Shown here: one piece after another, positions 36,223-48,429 of the stretch
How the letters are laid out: the number at the start of each line of letters is the position of its first letter
Position numbering within the stretch: position 1 is the stretch's first letter
Assembly: GCF_036321535.1 (NCBI RefSeq)
Contig: NC_087447.1
Location: forward strand, 45,880,001 to 45,944,000
Direction: 5' to 3'
Length of the DNA stretch: 64,000 nucleotides
DNA from: Camelus dromedarius
Lineage: Eukaryota
Translations under genes and position numbers: made by a program
Notes under the pieces: generated by a model
What the model was told of the DNA's origin: nothing
Databases searched by the model: none
The model's input: only the letters and a program-made list of their open reading frames with translations

Positions 36223-38439
36223 TCACACTTTTGGATAAAACTTAGTGTTGGGAGATAAGTCGTTTTTAAATACACTACTTAGAAACATATTTGATGTAAT
36301 ATTAATAAAATTTAATTTTGAACATTTATCAAATGTCCTTAAACATGTTCATGTCCTCCAACATGGGAATTTTACTTATAACAATTGATCCTAAGATCCT
36401 TTTTGCCAAATATTAAAATTGTGTCAAAGTAAAGCTGCTTTGATTCAGTCAGTGATGGACACTCAGAATCTCTTCAGCATGAAGCTCAGTCATCCCCCCG
36501 TTGGCTCCATAACAAGATCCCTGACTTCATGGAAGAAAGTTTAAAAATAATAGTGTAAGAAAATAATCAGAGATCCGGGAAAATATCTACACTACGGTGA
36601 ATATTAAATGCTAGAAAGTAAATTTATAGACTAATTTGTCTTAAGTTCATGAGGTTGGTACTTATTATCCACATTTTACACATGAGTATAAACATTTTTC
36701 TAGACTCTATAAATCATGAACAGATATCTTTAAAATATTAATATTGATTATAGAATGATTTCCAAAAGAAGAAGTGGGAGAAATGGAGCAGGATACACCT
36801 TGGGAGTTATGTATCCTTCCTGTCTTCATGTTTGTAGTCCTATACGAAATGTGACAGCTCCTAGCTCAAGGACGTGTGGGCCACACTTTAGGTTATTATT
36901 TCACTGTTACAAGGAAAAGTGTTGAAGCCACCTACATTTTCAATAGTAAACTTGTTTTTACCCAAAGTGTGCTTTTGAATATGGGTTTGAACTTCAGGAG
37001 AAATAGCTCAACAGAGCTGTCAATTCAGAAATATTGACATGATATTTGGTATCTGAGGTCATGAAAATAGATGAGGTCACCAGGAAAAATGCAAAAGATA
37101 CAAAACTTAAATCTCAGATAGAATCCTGAGGAGCGGCAAGATTGTTGACAGCATCTCGCATGAGACTATCCAGAGATCTGGGGGAAAATCCATGAGCGTG
37201 GGATCTAGTGGATGCCCAAGGAAGAGACTACTGCAATGAAGATAGTCACCAGATCAAATGTTGCCGAGATTTCTTTAATTTCTATAGTCTGACACAAAAA
37301 CATCTGGGTATAAATCTCCACTTGGCAATTTACTGTCTGTGTGAATTTATGTATGCTGCTTAGGACTTCAAGCAGATGTTTACTCTTTATCTTTATAAAC
37401 GATAGTGTCTGTCATATAGTTATTTTAGGTGATCTGTTATAGTCTTTAACAGAATGAAAGCAATTAGTAAATACCAAATAGTAGTAATTATTTCAAGAAA
37501 ATTCCCTAACCATTTCTTCAACACATCGAGTCCTAGACAGGCTGAAGAGAACTTTTTTTTTTTTCTTCTTTTAATTGACAATAAGGTTTACTATTATTTC
37601 TCATACTATCAAGTAAATGGGATCCTACTAAGATCAGAGTTAATAAAATCATGTTTAATCTTCAGACCATGCAACCCTGTCCATAGTACATTTGCGCACA
37701 CACGCACACGCACACACCCCCACACAAGCCACTTCCTCTTCCTACCCGTGGCTATTTTTTTAGATATGAGCTGTTTAACAAAGCCCTTGCTTTAGGTTTC
37801 CAAAGGGATTTTTAACCACTTGCACGTACCAAAGCTAGATGCTCAGTATGTCCTTGAAAGATAAGAGCAAGAACCCTCAACTTTAACCTCCACTTTATCT
37901 AGATGCACCTACTTCTATTTCCCTCGGGGATGCAGACCCTTGGGAGGAATAGAAAAACAGCCTGCTCTCTGGGATCTCCGAGGAAACTTAAATAGAAAGA
38001 GTTTGACCCAGTACATTAACTCTTCGGTATCCAAGGACTCCAGCAGGACCTAGAGACCAGTTGTGAGGAAAGCAATTGGAAAACCACTCAAGTGAGAGAT
38101 GAAGGCTAGAAATCATATTGACAGAGGAAGCATGATATACAGCAGTCATAGAGACTGGGCAACACAACTCAAAGAACAGGTTATATGTAATCAAAATATT
38201 TCAGTTCCAATTTGAGGCCACACCACTTTCATCTTTTGCCTCAGTTTAATCATCCACAAAATGAAAATAACAATACACAAATATCACATATTTAAGGAAG
38301 TACTTTACAAACTATAAAATGGTTTGCCAATGATTCCATTTACTTATTTGATTACTTTTGGCAAATGTCAATAGGTGAGCCTCCTGCCACTCCCTGTTAG
38401 ATTTCCAACTGAGTAATCCAAAATTATGTGTGTTCCAGG

Positions 38440-39240
38440 CTAATGTAAAATAATACAAGGGGGAAATTCAAATAAACAGAAAAGAATTAAGAAAACTAAA
38501 AGGGGTAAATATGTGAGTAAACATAAAATATTTTTTATCTTTTCTCAATTGCTGGAAAAATTACTTTTTTTTAAGGTAAGAGAATTATAATACATTGATA
38601 GATTCATAACAAAGGTAGAAATGTATACTTGGCAATAATTGCATGCAGGTCAAAATGAGATAAATGGAAGTATGCTGTTAAAAGTTTATTATATTATTTA
38701 TGGGGCAGTATAATATTAACTCATGATGGACTCTGATAAGTTAAGGTTGCATGCCATAATCCAAGGAGTAACTGTAAAAAGACAAAAAACAAAAAAGTGT
38801 AGACAAAAAGTCAACTGAGGAAATAAAATAGAATATTGAAACATACTTGAATTGATTTGATTTAAAGATTCAAAATAAATAAGTGAAGTTGTGACAGAGA
38901 AGAGAAAACAGATGGGACAATGAGGAAGCAAAATAATGGCAGACATAAAAACTAACTGTATTAATAATTACATTAACTCTAATGGGCTAAAGACCCCAAT
39001 GACGAAGCAGCACTTTTCACACTAGATTAAAAACCATGCTGATGACAAAAGTTGCATGTGAAATAAAAGACACAGATAGGTTAAGCATAAAAGGATGGAA
39101 AAAAAATATGCCATGCATTCCAATACATATGGTGAATGTAGCCATGGATTCCCGACCACATGGGATTTAAAGCAAGATATATCACCAAGAAAAAAGGAGA
39201 CATTTTGTAGTGATGAAAGAGTCATCAGGAAGTCATAACA
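38440..39240 (+). mobile_element. Old L1M ORF1/ORF2-junction relic
   Basis: aataattacattaactctaatgggctaaagaccccaat...cacagataggttaagcataaaaggatggaaaaaaatatgccatgca. Confidence 0.65.
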
Positions 39241-39245
39241 ATCTT

Positions 39246-40371
39246 TTTTTTAATTGATGTATAATCAGTTTACAATGTTGTGTCAATTTCTGGCGTTCCA
39301 CATAATAGTTCAGTCATACATACATATATTCATTTTCATATTCTTTTTCATTATAGGTTACTATAAGATATTGAATATAGTTCCCTGTGCTATATGATAT
39401 AAACTTGTTGTTTATCTGTTTAATATATAGTAGTTAGTATCTGTAAATCTCGAACTCCCAGTTTATCCCTTCCCACTCCCTTTCCCCCCTGGTAACCATA
39501 AGTTTGTTTTCTATGTCTGTGAGTCTGTTTCTGTTTTGTAAATAAGTTCATTTGTCTTTTTTTTTTTTTCAGATTCCACATATAAGCGATATCATATGTT
39601 GTTTTTCTTTTTCCTTCTGGCTTACTTCATTTNNNNNNNNNNNNNNNNNNNNNNNNNNNNNNNNNNNNNNNNNNNNNNNNNNNNNNNNNNNNNNNNNNNN
39701 NNNNNNNNNNNNNNNNNNNNNNNNNNNNNNNNNNNNNNNNNNNNNNNNNNNNNNNNNNNNNNNNNNNNNNNNNNNNNNNNNNNNNNNNNNNNNNNNNNNN
39801 NNNNNNNNNNNNNNNNNNNNNNTGTCTTTTNNNNNNNNNNNNNNNNNNNNNNNNNNNNNNNNNNNNNNNNNNNNNNNNNNNNNNNNNNNNNNNNNNNNNN
39901 NNNNNNNNNNNNNNNNNNNNNNNNNNNNNNNNNNNNNNNNNNNNNNNNNNNNNNNNNNNNNNNNNNNNNNNNNNNNNNNNNNNNNNNNNNNNNNNNNNNN
40001 NNNNNNNNNNNNNNNNACATTTGAGTGATGACCATTCTGACTGGTATGAGGTGATACCTCATTATAGTTTTGATTTGCATTTCTCTGATAATTAGTGATA
40101 CTGAGCATTTTTTTCATGTGCTTTTTGACCATTTGTGTGTCTTCATTGAAGAATTTTTGTTTAGGTCTTCTGCCCACTTTTGGATAGGGTTGTTTGGTTT
40201 TTTTTTTTTCTTATTAAGTTGTATGAGCTGTTTATATATTCTGGAAATTAAGCCCTTGTCAGTTTCATCTTTTGCAAATATTTTCTCCCATTCTGTTGGT
40301 TGTCTTTTTGCTTTGCTTATGGCTTCCTTTGCTGTGCAAAAGCTTATAAGTTTAGTTAAGTTCTGTTTGAA
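39246..40371 (-). mobile_element. Young 5'-truncated L1 with 17-bp TSD (canonical TPRT insertion)
   Basis: Poly-T at left; TSD gaa[g/a]tcataacaatctt at 39229-39245 and 40372-40388 followed by AA (TT/AAGA endonuclease site); ORF2 C-terminal residues ([11 protein letters not shown]). Confidence 0.92.
39633..40016. other. Assembly gaps inside L1, with an 8-bp island (39823-39830)
   Basis: 190 N + tgtctttt + 186 N. Confidence 0.98.
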
Positions 40372-41259
40372 GAAATCATAACAATCTTAATGTCTATCCA
40401 TGTAATAGGAAAGCTTCAAAATACACACAAACAAGTAACAGGACTAAAAACAAAAAGACAAATTCATAATCAGATTTGAAGATTTTAGTACTTCCCCAGT
40501 TGAATGTTACTTGGTTATATATGTAGATAAAAATCATTTGAACTTACACTTCAGTTGTCTACATATTACTCTATGTAAATTTCAATAATAGAAAATGGAA
40601 AGCAACTCCATTGGCTATAAGAAAAAAAAGAAGAAACAAAGAAATGATGAACTTAAACTAATATATCAATTAATTTGGAATTAAATGGTGTCTTGGTAGC
40701 TTTAAGTGCTTTCCCTAATCTCTGGGGCAGGCTCTCCTTCGTATGATATGTTCAGGTCTCCAGAATTGGTGGAATATCCCAGTCTGAACTTTTCATGGCC
40801 TGTGGAAAGCAATGAGTTAACACTATGGCCCTATACCAAGCCCTCTGCTGGGAATTTCTACAAAATTTCTCAGGGAAGTCATTTGTTTACAGAACATAGT
40901 AAAGATGGAGGAATTGGTGTCCCGTGAGTACAGAACTCAGAACACAGTTCAAGGAGTCTGTGATCTCTAGATAAAGGTCTCAGTCAACAGATGTGGTACT
41001 GAGGCTGAGAAGTCTCTGGCCTAAAGTCACCTTTGTTTCACTGTGTGGTTAAATGGTAAGTGCAATAGTGCTCTAACATAATATTGTCTCAGTATGGCAC
41101 TGTATCCTGGCACGTGTCTGAAATATGAGTACTCTATGAACTAGGCCTTACAGAAGACTATGACTAAGGGTGGCTTGATGGAAGCTCCAGAATTTTGATA
41201 TAGGAGGGGCTCAGAGGTTAAAAAATAATACAATGGGGAAATGGAGGGAACATTTTTGG

Positions 41260-41854
41260 GAAGAGGAACTGGAGGTTGGATCAATTGCCAGAGGCCAATG
41301 ATTTAGTCGATCATTCCTACGTAATGAAGTTTCCATAAAACCTGAAAGACAGGGTTTGGAAAGTTTATAGGTTGGTGAACACATGAAGATTTGGGAAACA
41401 GTTACACACTCAGGGAAGCATGAAGACTCCATGCTCTTGCCACACACCTTGTCCTATGCATCTCTTCCATCTGACTGCTCATGAGTTCTGTAAGCTGCTC
41501 TAGCAAATTAGTCACCCTCTAGGAGGGTTGTGAAAACCTCTCATTTATAGCCAGATGTTTGTAAGTACAGGTAACACCCTGAACTTATGACTGGCATCTG
41601 GAGTCCATGAGGGGGTATGTGGAACCCTCTAATCAGTAGCCAGTTTGTCACAAACACAGGTGACAACCTAGACTTGTGGTGGGCACCTGAAGTGTGTGTT
41701 TAGGGGGCAATCTTAAAGGACTGAGCTCTTAACCTGTGGGGTATGATGCTATCTGTGGGTAGACGGTGTCAGAATTGAGTTGAATAGTTTTAGGACACCT
41801 TGCTGGTATCCCAAGAATTGCTTGGTGTTGTCTCGGAAGCACCCCTCCCCCACC

Positions 41855-41889
<35 letters not shown>

Positions 41890-41900
41890 TGGAACTGGTT
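41260..41900 (+). mobile_element. MER21 (B/C) LTR containing a (CA)16 tract at 41857-41888
   Basis: ggccaatgatttagtcgatcattcctacgtaatgaag...gctgctctagcaaatta...ggactgagctcttaacctgtggg...gtgtcagaattgagttg. Confidence 0.8.
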
Positions 41901-43867
41901 CTCATAAATCTTTTAGTCATAATGTATTGAAATAGATGCTAAATTTATAGCAATAACAAAAAAAATAAAATTGACACTGCAATGGGTCAAAATTGTAGTA
42001 ACTAGGTATATGTCACAGTTTTGGATATCAATAAGAATGTAAATTATATAGTTCACTGTGATCTTTGAATCAGAGGTAAATGACAAAGAGCTAGTCAAAG
42101 CAAGAAACATACCTCTCCCCATCTTCAAATCAGAGAAAATCCTCACATAAGGCTTATGGATAATACTTGCTCTGAAACAAGGAAAGAATCTTCAAGCACC
42201 TACTCAGAGGGAAGAAATAATTCCCAACATCAGTTCAGTTTAATGGAAATTAATTCAGTTTAATAAGGTTCAACTAATAATGACTGAATGTGTGCTGTTT
42301 GTCAGGAACCATGCTTGATACTGATAATATCAAGATCCTTAAACACAAACTGTGATCTTAATGAACTTATTGGCTACTGAGGATCCATGGAAGGCAATCA
42401 AGTAATCAGCCAATCGCAGGACCACTGTGATACTGTAATAGAGTTAGAATGCAAGTTACAGTGAAGGGCATAGACTCTGCTTGGAGTGATCAGGAGGGAA
42501 GAATTCAAGGAGTAAGCCACTGCTGGTTTGACCTAATTAGATTTGTCAAGGAGCTATCTCTGTACACTTTCACCCTGGGGATTTTAGAGGTCAGAGAGTG
42601 TCTACTACCCAGATTACAACATAACCACTGCCTTATCCTTTTCAAAAGTGCACCTCAGGTCTAGAAGAGTCTTTATCTTTAATGACAATTCACTAGCATC
42701 TCATTCTGGAGGATGAACTGGATGAAAACATTGTGTTTCTGATTCCTAATAGTCAAGAGTCCTCTAACAAAACCTGAACCTCTCAATTAAACACTTTCTC
42801 TAGGCAAAGAGGGTAGAAACTGATAAGCATTATGTATCTTGAAATCTCATTGTCTCCAATAAACTTAATTCCAAAAAGAAAGGTACAGTCTTAAAGGTAC
42901 ATAGTTAACTCAGTTGTCTATGAAAAATCTCTATAGTTGTAGAACATCTATGTATCTTATGGTGTCAGAAAAAAAGGGATCCAGACAATATCTATCTCCT
43001 GCATCACCAACATACTATGTCTCTAACCTTGCCACCCCCCATGGCTGGCCAATAGTCCAGCTGACCAAACCACTTTATATCTATGAGAGTCTATGCTGGA
43101 CTGCAGAGAAAGTCCAAGAATCCTTTCTCTCTCCCCAGGCTCAAGGATGGAGAACACTGCTATGTATTGGTCATTTTTAAGGACATTCTATCCGCTTACA
43201 TACAAGAAGATGGGATTTTTCGCTGTGCTATAAGAGAGGGTTAACAGTCAAGCACACATGACCTATTTTCTGTCCTTCCTTTGTGCTGCTTCCAGTGAAG
43301 AGCTTGTGAGTAAAATCAACTTTAAAAGCTCAAGGCCTGGCCTGAAAAATGTTTGGAGCAAAAGACTCTAGAAATCAGAGAAAACACTTAATAACTGCTG
43401 TCACATATTGCAATCCTCCTCTCCTGATTTTTTTTTTTTTATTCTAGGCTTACTCTGAATCAAGCAAAAAGAGTTACCTTATAGTTCAGCCTGACTTTCT
43501 AAGTTGCTTCATTAGATTAGGGGTGAGTAGGGGCAAAGCCTCATAGTAAAAGGGGAATTTATTTGTAGGTCGTGCTCTTTATGTGGATATTATTTTCTGA
43601 GCACCTTATGGAGAAGTGTGATTGATCCAGACAGTACCTATATTCCTGATTCTCCTTGTCAATTAACATTATCTGACTCTATTATCAATAGTCTGTTTAG
43701 AAGAACTACCTCATTCTTTTATTGCCTATTATGAGAAGGCTTTCAAAACTGTATTTTCTTTGTTTCTGTCTTAGAAAAAGTACAGAAAGGAGGGAGATGA
43801 GAGTAATAGACCTATATTGAGAGTGTCATTTCAGATCCAGGAATGAATACTTTCCAACCAATTCATC

Positions 43868-44803
43868 ATGCACACTCTCAATTCCTCTAAAGTTGAGGTC
43901 ACCACCTTCTTCCTGATTGGCATCCCAGGGCTGGAGCATGTTCACTTATGGATCTCTGTCCCCATCTCCCTCATGTACCTGGTGGCCATCTTGGGCAACT
44001 GTACCATCCTCTTTGTGATCAGGACGGAGCCCTCACTCCACGCACCCATGTACTACTTCCTTTCCATGTTGGCTGTCTCTGACCTGGGCCTGTCCCTCTC
44101 ATCCCTCCCCACTATGCTGAGGCTCTTTGTTTTCAATGCTACAGGAATTTCCCCAAATGTCTGCTTTGCTCAAGAATTCTTTATCCATGGATTCACAGAC
44201 ATGGAGTCCTCAATGCTCCTGGTCATGTCTTTTGACTGCTTTTTGGCCATTCACAGCCCTCTGATATACAGCTCCATCCTCACCAATGCCAGAGTGGCCA
44301 AAATGGGCCTGGTGTTTCTCATTAAAAGCATGTTCTTAGTGCTCCCATTTCCTTTCACTCTCAAAAGATTGATCTATTGTAGGAAAAGCCTGCTTTCTTA
44401 CTCTTATTGTCTCCATCAGGATGTTCTGAAGCTGGCCTGCTCTGACAACACAGTCAACTTTTTCTATGGTTTCTTTGTTGCCCTCTTTATGATGACAGAC
44501 AGTGTGTTCATTGCTGTGTCCTATGTATTCATCCTGAAGACTGTGATGGGAATTGGTTCCCATAAGGAGCGGCTCAAGGCTCTCAACACCTGTGTCTCCC
44601 ACATCTGTGCAGTGCTTATCTTCTATGTGCCCATCATTGCTTTGGCCTCCGTGCACCACTTTGGCAAGCACAAGTCCCCAGTGGCCATGGTCCTCATTGC
44701 TGACATTTTCTTGCTGGTACCACCTTTGATGAACCCCATCATCTACTGTGTGAAGACGTGGCAAATTCGTGAGAAAGTTCTGGGGAAATTGGGTCTAAAA
44801 TAA
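43868..44803 (+). CDS. Class I olfactory receptor, OR51A subfamily (311 aa, open ORF; DRY motif altered to DCF)
   Basis: Paralogue of OR51A7 (CFAQEFFIHGFT, KHKSP, IADIFLLVPPLMNPIIY); NSS glycosylation site; AATAAA at 44844-44849. Confidence 0.9.
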   Translation: MHTLNSSKVEVTTFFLIGIPGLEHVHLWISVPISLMYLVAILGNCTILFVIRTEPSLHAPMYYFLSMLAVSDLGLSLSSLPTMLRLFVFNATGISPNVCFAQEFFIHGFTDMESSMLLVMSFDCFLAIHSPLIYSSILTNARVAKMGLVFLIKSMFLVLPFPFTLKRLIYCRKSLLSYSYCLHQDVLKLACSDNTVNFFYGFFVALFMMTDSVFIAVSYVFILKTVMGIGSHKERLKALNTCVSHICAVLIFYVPIIALASVHHFGKHKSPVAMVLIADIFLLVPPLMNPIIYCVKTWQIREKVLGKLGLK

Positions 44804-47800
44804 AGGTATGGAGAAAATGAGGCAGGGTCAGCCAGGGTCAGGGAATAAAAAATACTTTTTGAAGCAAGGTATTATGGATGTTACATTCTTTTCTTTTGTA
44901 ATCATTCTTCTGGTCAGTACAATACATGGACTGGGCATTGAGTTTTGCAAGCTTAGGACTGACATGGACATTGACAGGTGTGTGTAGGATAGTTCTGTAA
45001 TATGATTAGAATCATGAATCAATACAAGGATATGAAATTTTAGTTACACTGTTTACTAGGATAAGTACACATGGAAGTAGCAGTTGCTCCCTCTTATAAA
45101 TAATGAATATCAGAGTAGCTGGAGGTTAAGGACGTAACCCCAAACCAGTTACTGATTTTCTTTCATGAAACCTTCAGACATGGTGTATTTGTTGAGGGGA
45201 CTTCAGTCAAGTTAATGTGAATTCTTGATTTCCCATTTAAGTGAAAAGTCTATTGTCAAGTATGAGTTGGTTAAAGATTTTCTGCCTTTGCTCTTTTCTT
45301 AACAATCAAATCGGGACAATCAGTAATTCTCCTTTACTTTAGAGCTCTAATAGCCTTGAATCATGATAATAAGTTCTCTCATGCCTTCTTTAATACAGAC
45401 CAGGTTTTTTTCTCTAACCTACAACAGCGTTCCAGGTAGTCATAGCTACTAAAAGGAGAACAGAGGGACAATTCTCCTATTGGTAAGAAATAAGAATCCT
45501 ACTAGCACAGTAATTTTTAAAGCACCAATATTATTGATTAATTGCCCTAAAATATATGTTCTAAAATAATGGTTTTCATGCTTGTTTCAATACTTGGTAT
45601 TTTCATGTTTGGTAGTTGGCATTAAATTACATTAAACAAGCTAGTAATAATTTTAAACTAGCAGAAAAAATGACTGTATATTAAGCAATATAAAATCATA
45701 CTCATGCAGATATAGTTCCATTTTTTAAAAGATAAATAGCCAACTAAAGATGATTGGCTATCTCAAATTATTTCCTATAAATTCATTTGTTTCTTGTTCA
45801 CCTTTTATTTATGGGTATTAAGTAGGGGACAAAGGTATAAAGTGTAAAATTTAGAATAAGCTAGCCAGTCGTTCACAATTTGTACTGTGGAAGTCAAAGA
45901 AAATTATTGTTAATAAATTTCAATGTTCTACTTCCTAAGTTGAACTCACAAATTGTATTATTGTGTTCCAAAGAACCATTTTGAAGAAGTTGTTCTCTGA
46001 TGGCTAAACATTCATGTAGATTTGATGTCCCCAGGTGAGTTTAACTGAGTTCTTGTTGTTCAGTAGCTGACGTTTTGACGTCCCCAGCTTAATCAGGAAA
46101 GGGGGGAACAGCCTTTTGTACCTCCTCCCAGTTTGTATTACTCAATTCCTTCTCTGTGGCCCCTAACACTCTCCAATTATGTTATGATTATTAGTTCACA
46201 TGTCTGTCTCTCTTAGTTGTATTTTATTTCCTAAAATAACTGCATACAGCAAATTTATTGACATATCACCAGTACTTGTTCCGTGCACATAAAGGATATC
46301 TGGATAGTAGTCTGACACGTTTCCCAATTCCTTTTGGAAAAAAAGCAATCAGAACAACAGAAATAAAAGCTTTGACAATTTATAATATGATGATAAACTA
46401 CAAGTACACAAAAGAACATCAGGAATGATAGAAAACCTATGGCCAAAATCTGTAAAGAGTAACTATCATTTTAAGTCAAAGAAGCTGCCCTAAAAACAGT
46501 TCATGCTCTGTTTAACCACAAGAAAAAGCAAATACATTGCCATGAAAAAACATGAGGAAGAATACTCATTCTCTTTTGAGCATTTGCCCTTAAATCAGAA
46601 ATTAAAATCTTTACAATGGCTCAAGTCATAAGATGTCAGTAGATGTCATTTCTCTATCGAAGAGTGAATAGGTTTCAAATTTTCTGTTTTCCTCAATTTC
46701 CAATCAAGCATACAGTAGCATGTATTTAGGAATTTACCAAAATAATCCTAAAAATAGATTTATAAGAGTAAACTGGAGAATATAAGATAAAAATAAACAG
46801 AAATTATAATAAAGCTCTGTAAGAAAGTGACGTTTATTAAACAGCTATAAATTGTGTGTAGTTTGCTTAACAAATCAGTGGTAAGAACAAGGAACTATAA
46901 CAAACACACTACAATATACCATACATGATATGAAAACTTAACATATAATTAAGGAATATCAGACCGTGATTGAAAATAGATTGATTATTCAAATAATAGT
47001 GGTAGAAATAATTAGCACCTATTGAGAAAATATATTTGTGTGTGATCTTTTATCATACACAAAAATGAACTAAAATAAACTAAGAATTAAGTACAAAGGA
47101 AAATTTTAAATCTCCATAAATATAAATAAATAACATCATCTCTGGATGGGAATAATTTACTAAGGAAATAGCAAAAATGGAAAAGCAGAAATGAAAAGTG
47201 TTATACATTTGTATTGAAAAGCAATTAGGTATATGAATAACATTTAAATAGTTATAATTTAGAAGACAATAATGGGATATACTCAGTGATGACCAGGTAC
47301 CAGACGTTGGGCTATATATTTACCTGTATTAACCCCACTAATTTTTGGCAAGAATGTAGGAAGGTAGATTTCATCAGATTGAGAAATTAAAGCTTTGAGA
47401 AGTTCAACAACTTTTCCAAGGACATAGAGCTATAGTGTTAGAAACTTGAATCTAACCCAGGCAGTGTGCTTCCAGAGCCTACAAACTTTTCCACTAAATT
47501 TAATAATTCACATTCTAGATGTGATCAAATATGTATTTATAAGAATATATTTTCAGGGTTATTTGCTATGATAAAAATACTATAAACTACTGAAATAAAT
47601 AATAGGAAATGTAACATAAACCATGATGTACATATAATATTAAATATTATTTACCCATGCAACACAGCATCAGCAAATAAGTGGTTAAGCACTATATAAG
47701 ATGCTAAGGATTAAATAAAACATAAATCTTAGGTCTACTATCAAGGAGCATATAGTCTGGAGGTGGAGAGAAAAAACAGATAATTAACTTCACTGAGTAA

Positions 47801-48429
47801 AGTATGGTAAGTTTAAGCACATATATAAAAAAGCACAAATGAAAAAATGGCAATTTGCCTACTTTATTGAAGAATCAGAGGAAAACTTCCTGGAGAAAGT
47901 TAAGTCTAATGTAAAATATGATTTAATAGAGAATAATGATTAATGACAGGCAAATAAGTAAGATACACATTCATATGTACACTATTATTTTTGTTTATAA
48001 ATATAAACTGTGTGTGCATATATGTTGGCTTATTAAAAAAAGATTAAGGCATAAATCATATAATTCTCATTGACAGGATTGTGAGTGATTTTTCTGTCTT
48101 TTAATACTTTTCTATATTTCTCAATATACTCACAAAATTTTAATTGTATATAAATATATATACATATATGACATTTATAATCAAAAAACCCTCCAAATAT
48201 ATTAAATGCATGGCTTGAATAACAACAAAGTGCAAAATCATGTCCTAATAGCAATTACTATAAAGTACTCTGATGAACATGTTTTTGGCATTGAGCAGGC
48301 GATTTTGGCTTTGAGCAGTTGCATTTTTGAGTCAGATATGAAAAGTACATTTGGAGAACTAAAAGATTAACACACATGTGGCGCATTGCCTTCAATACTG
48401 ACCATCATAAAACTGGAAGAATGACTACA

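Noticed and set aside
36161-36226. N-terminal extension of OR51A7 (track start 36226)
   Set aside because: Crosses a splice acceptor at 36198-36200; MSVLNN gives the normal OR N-terminus
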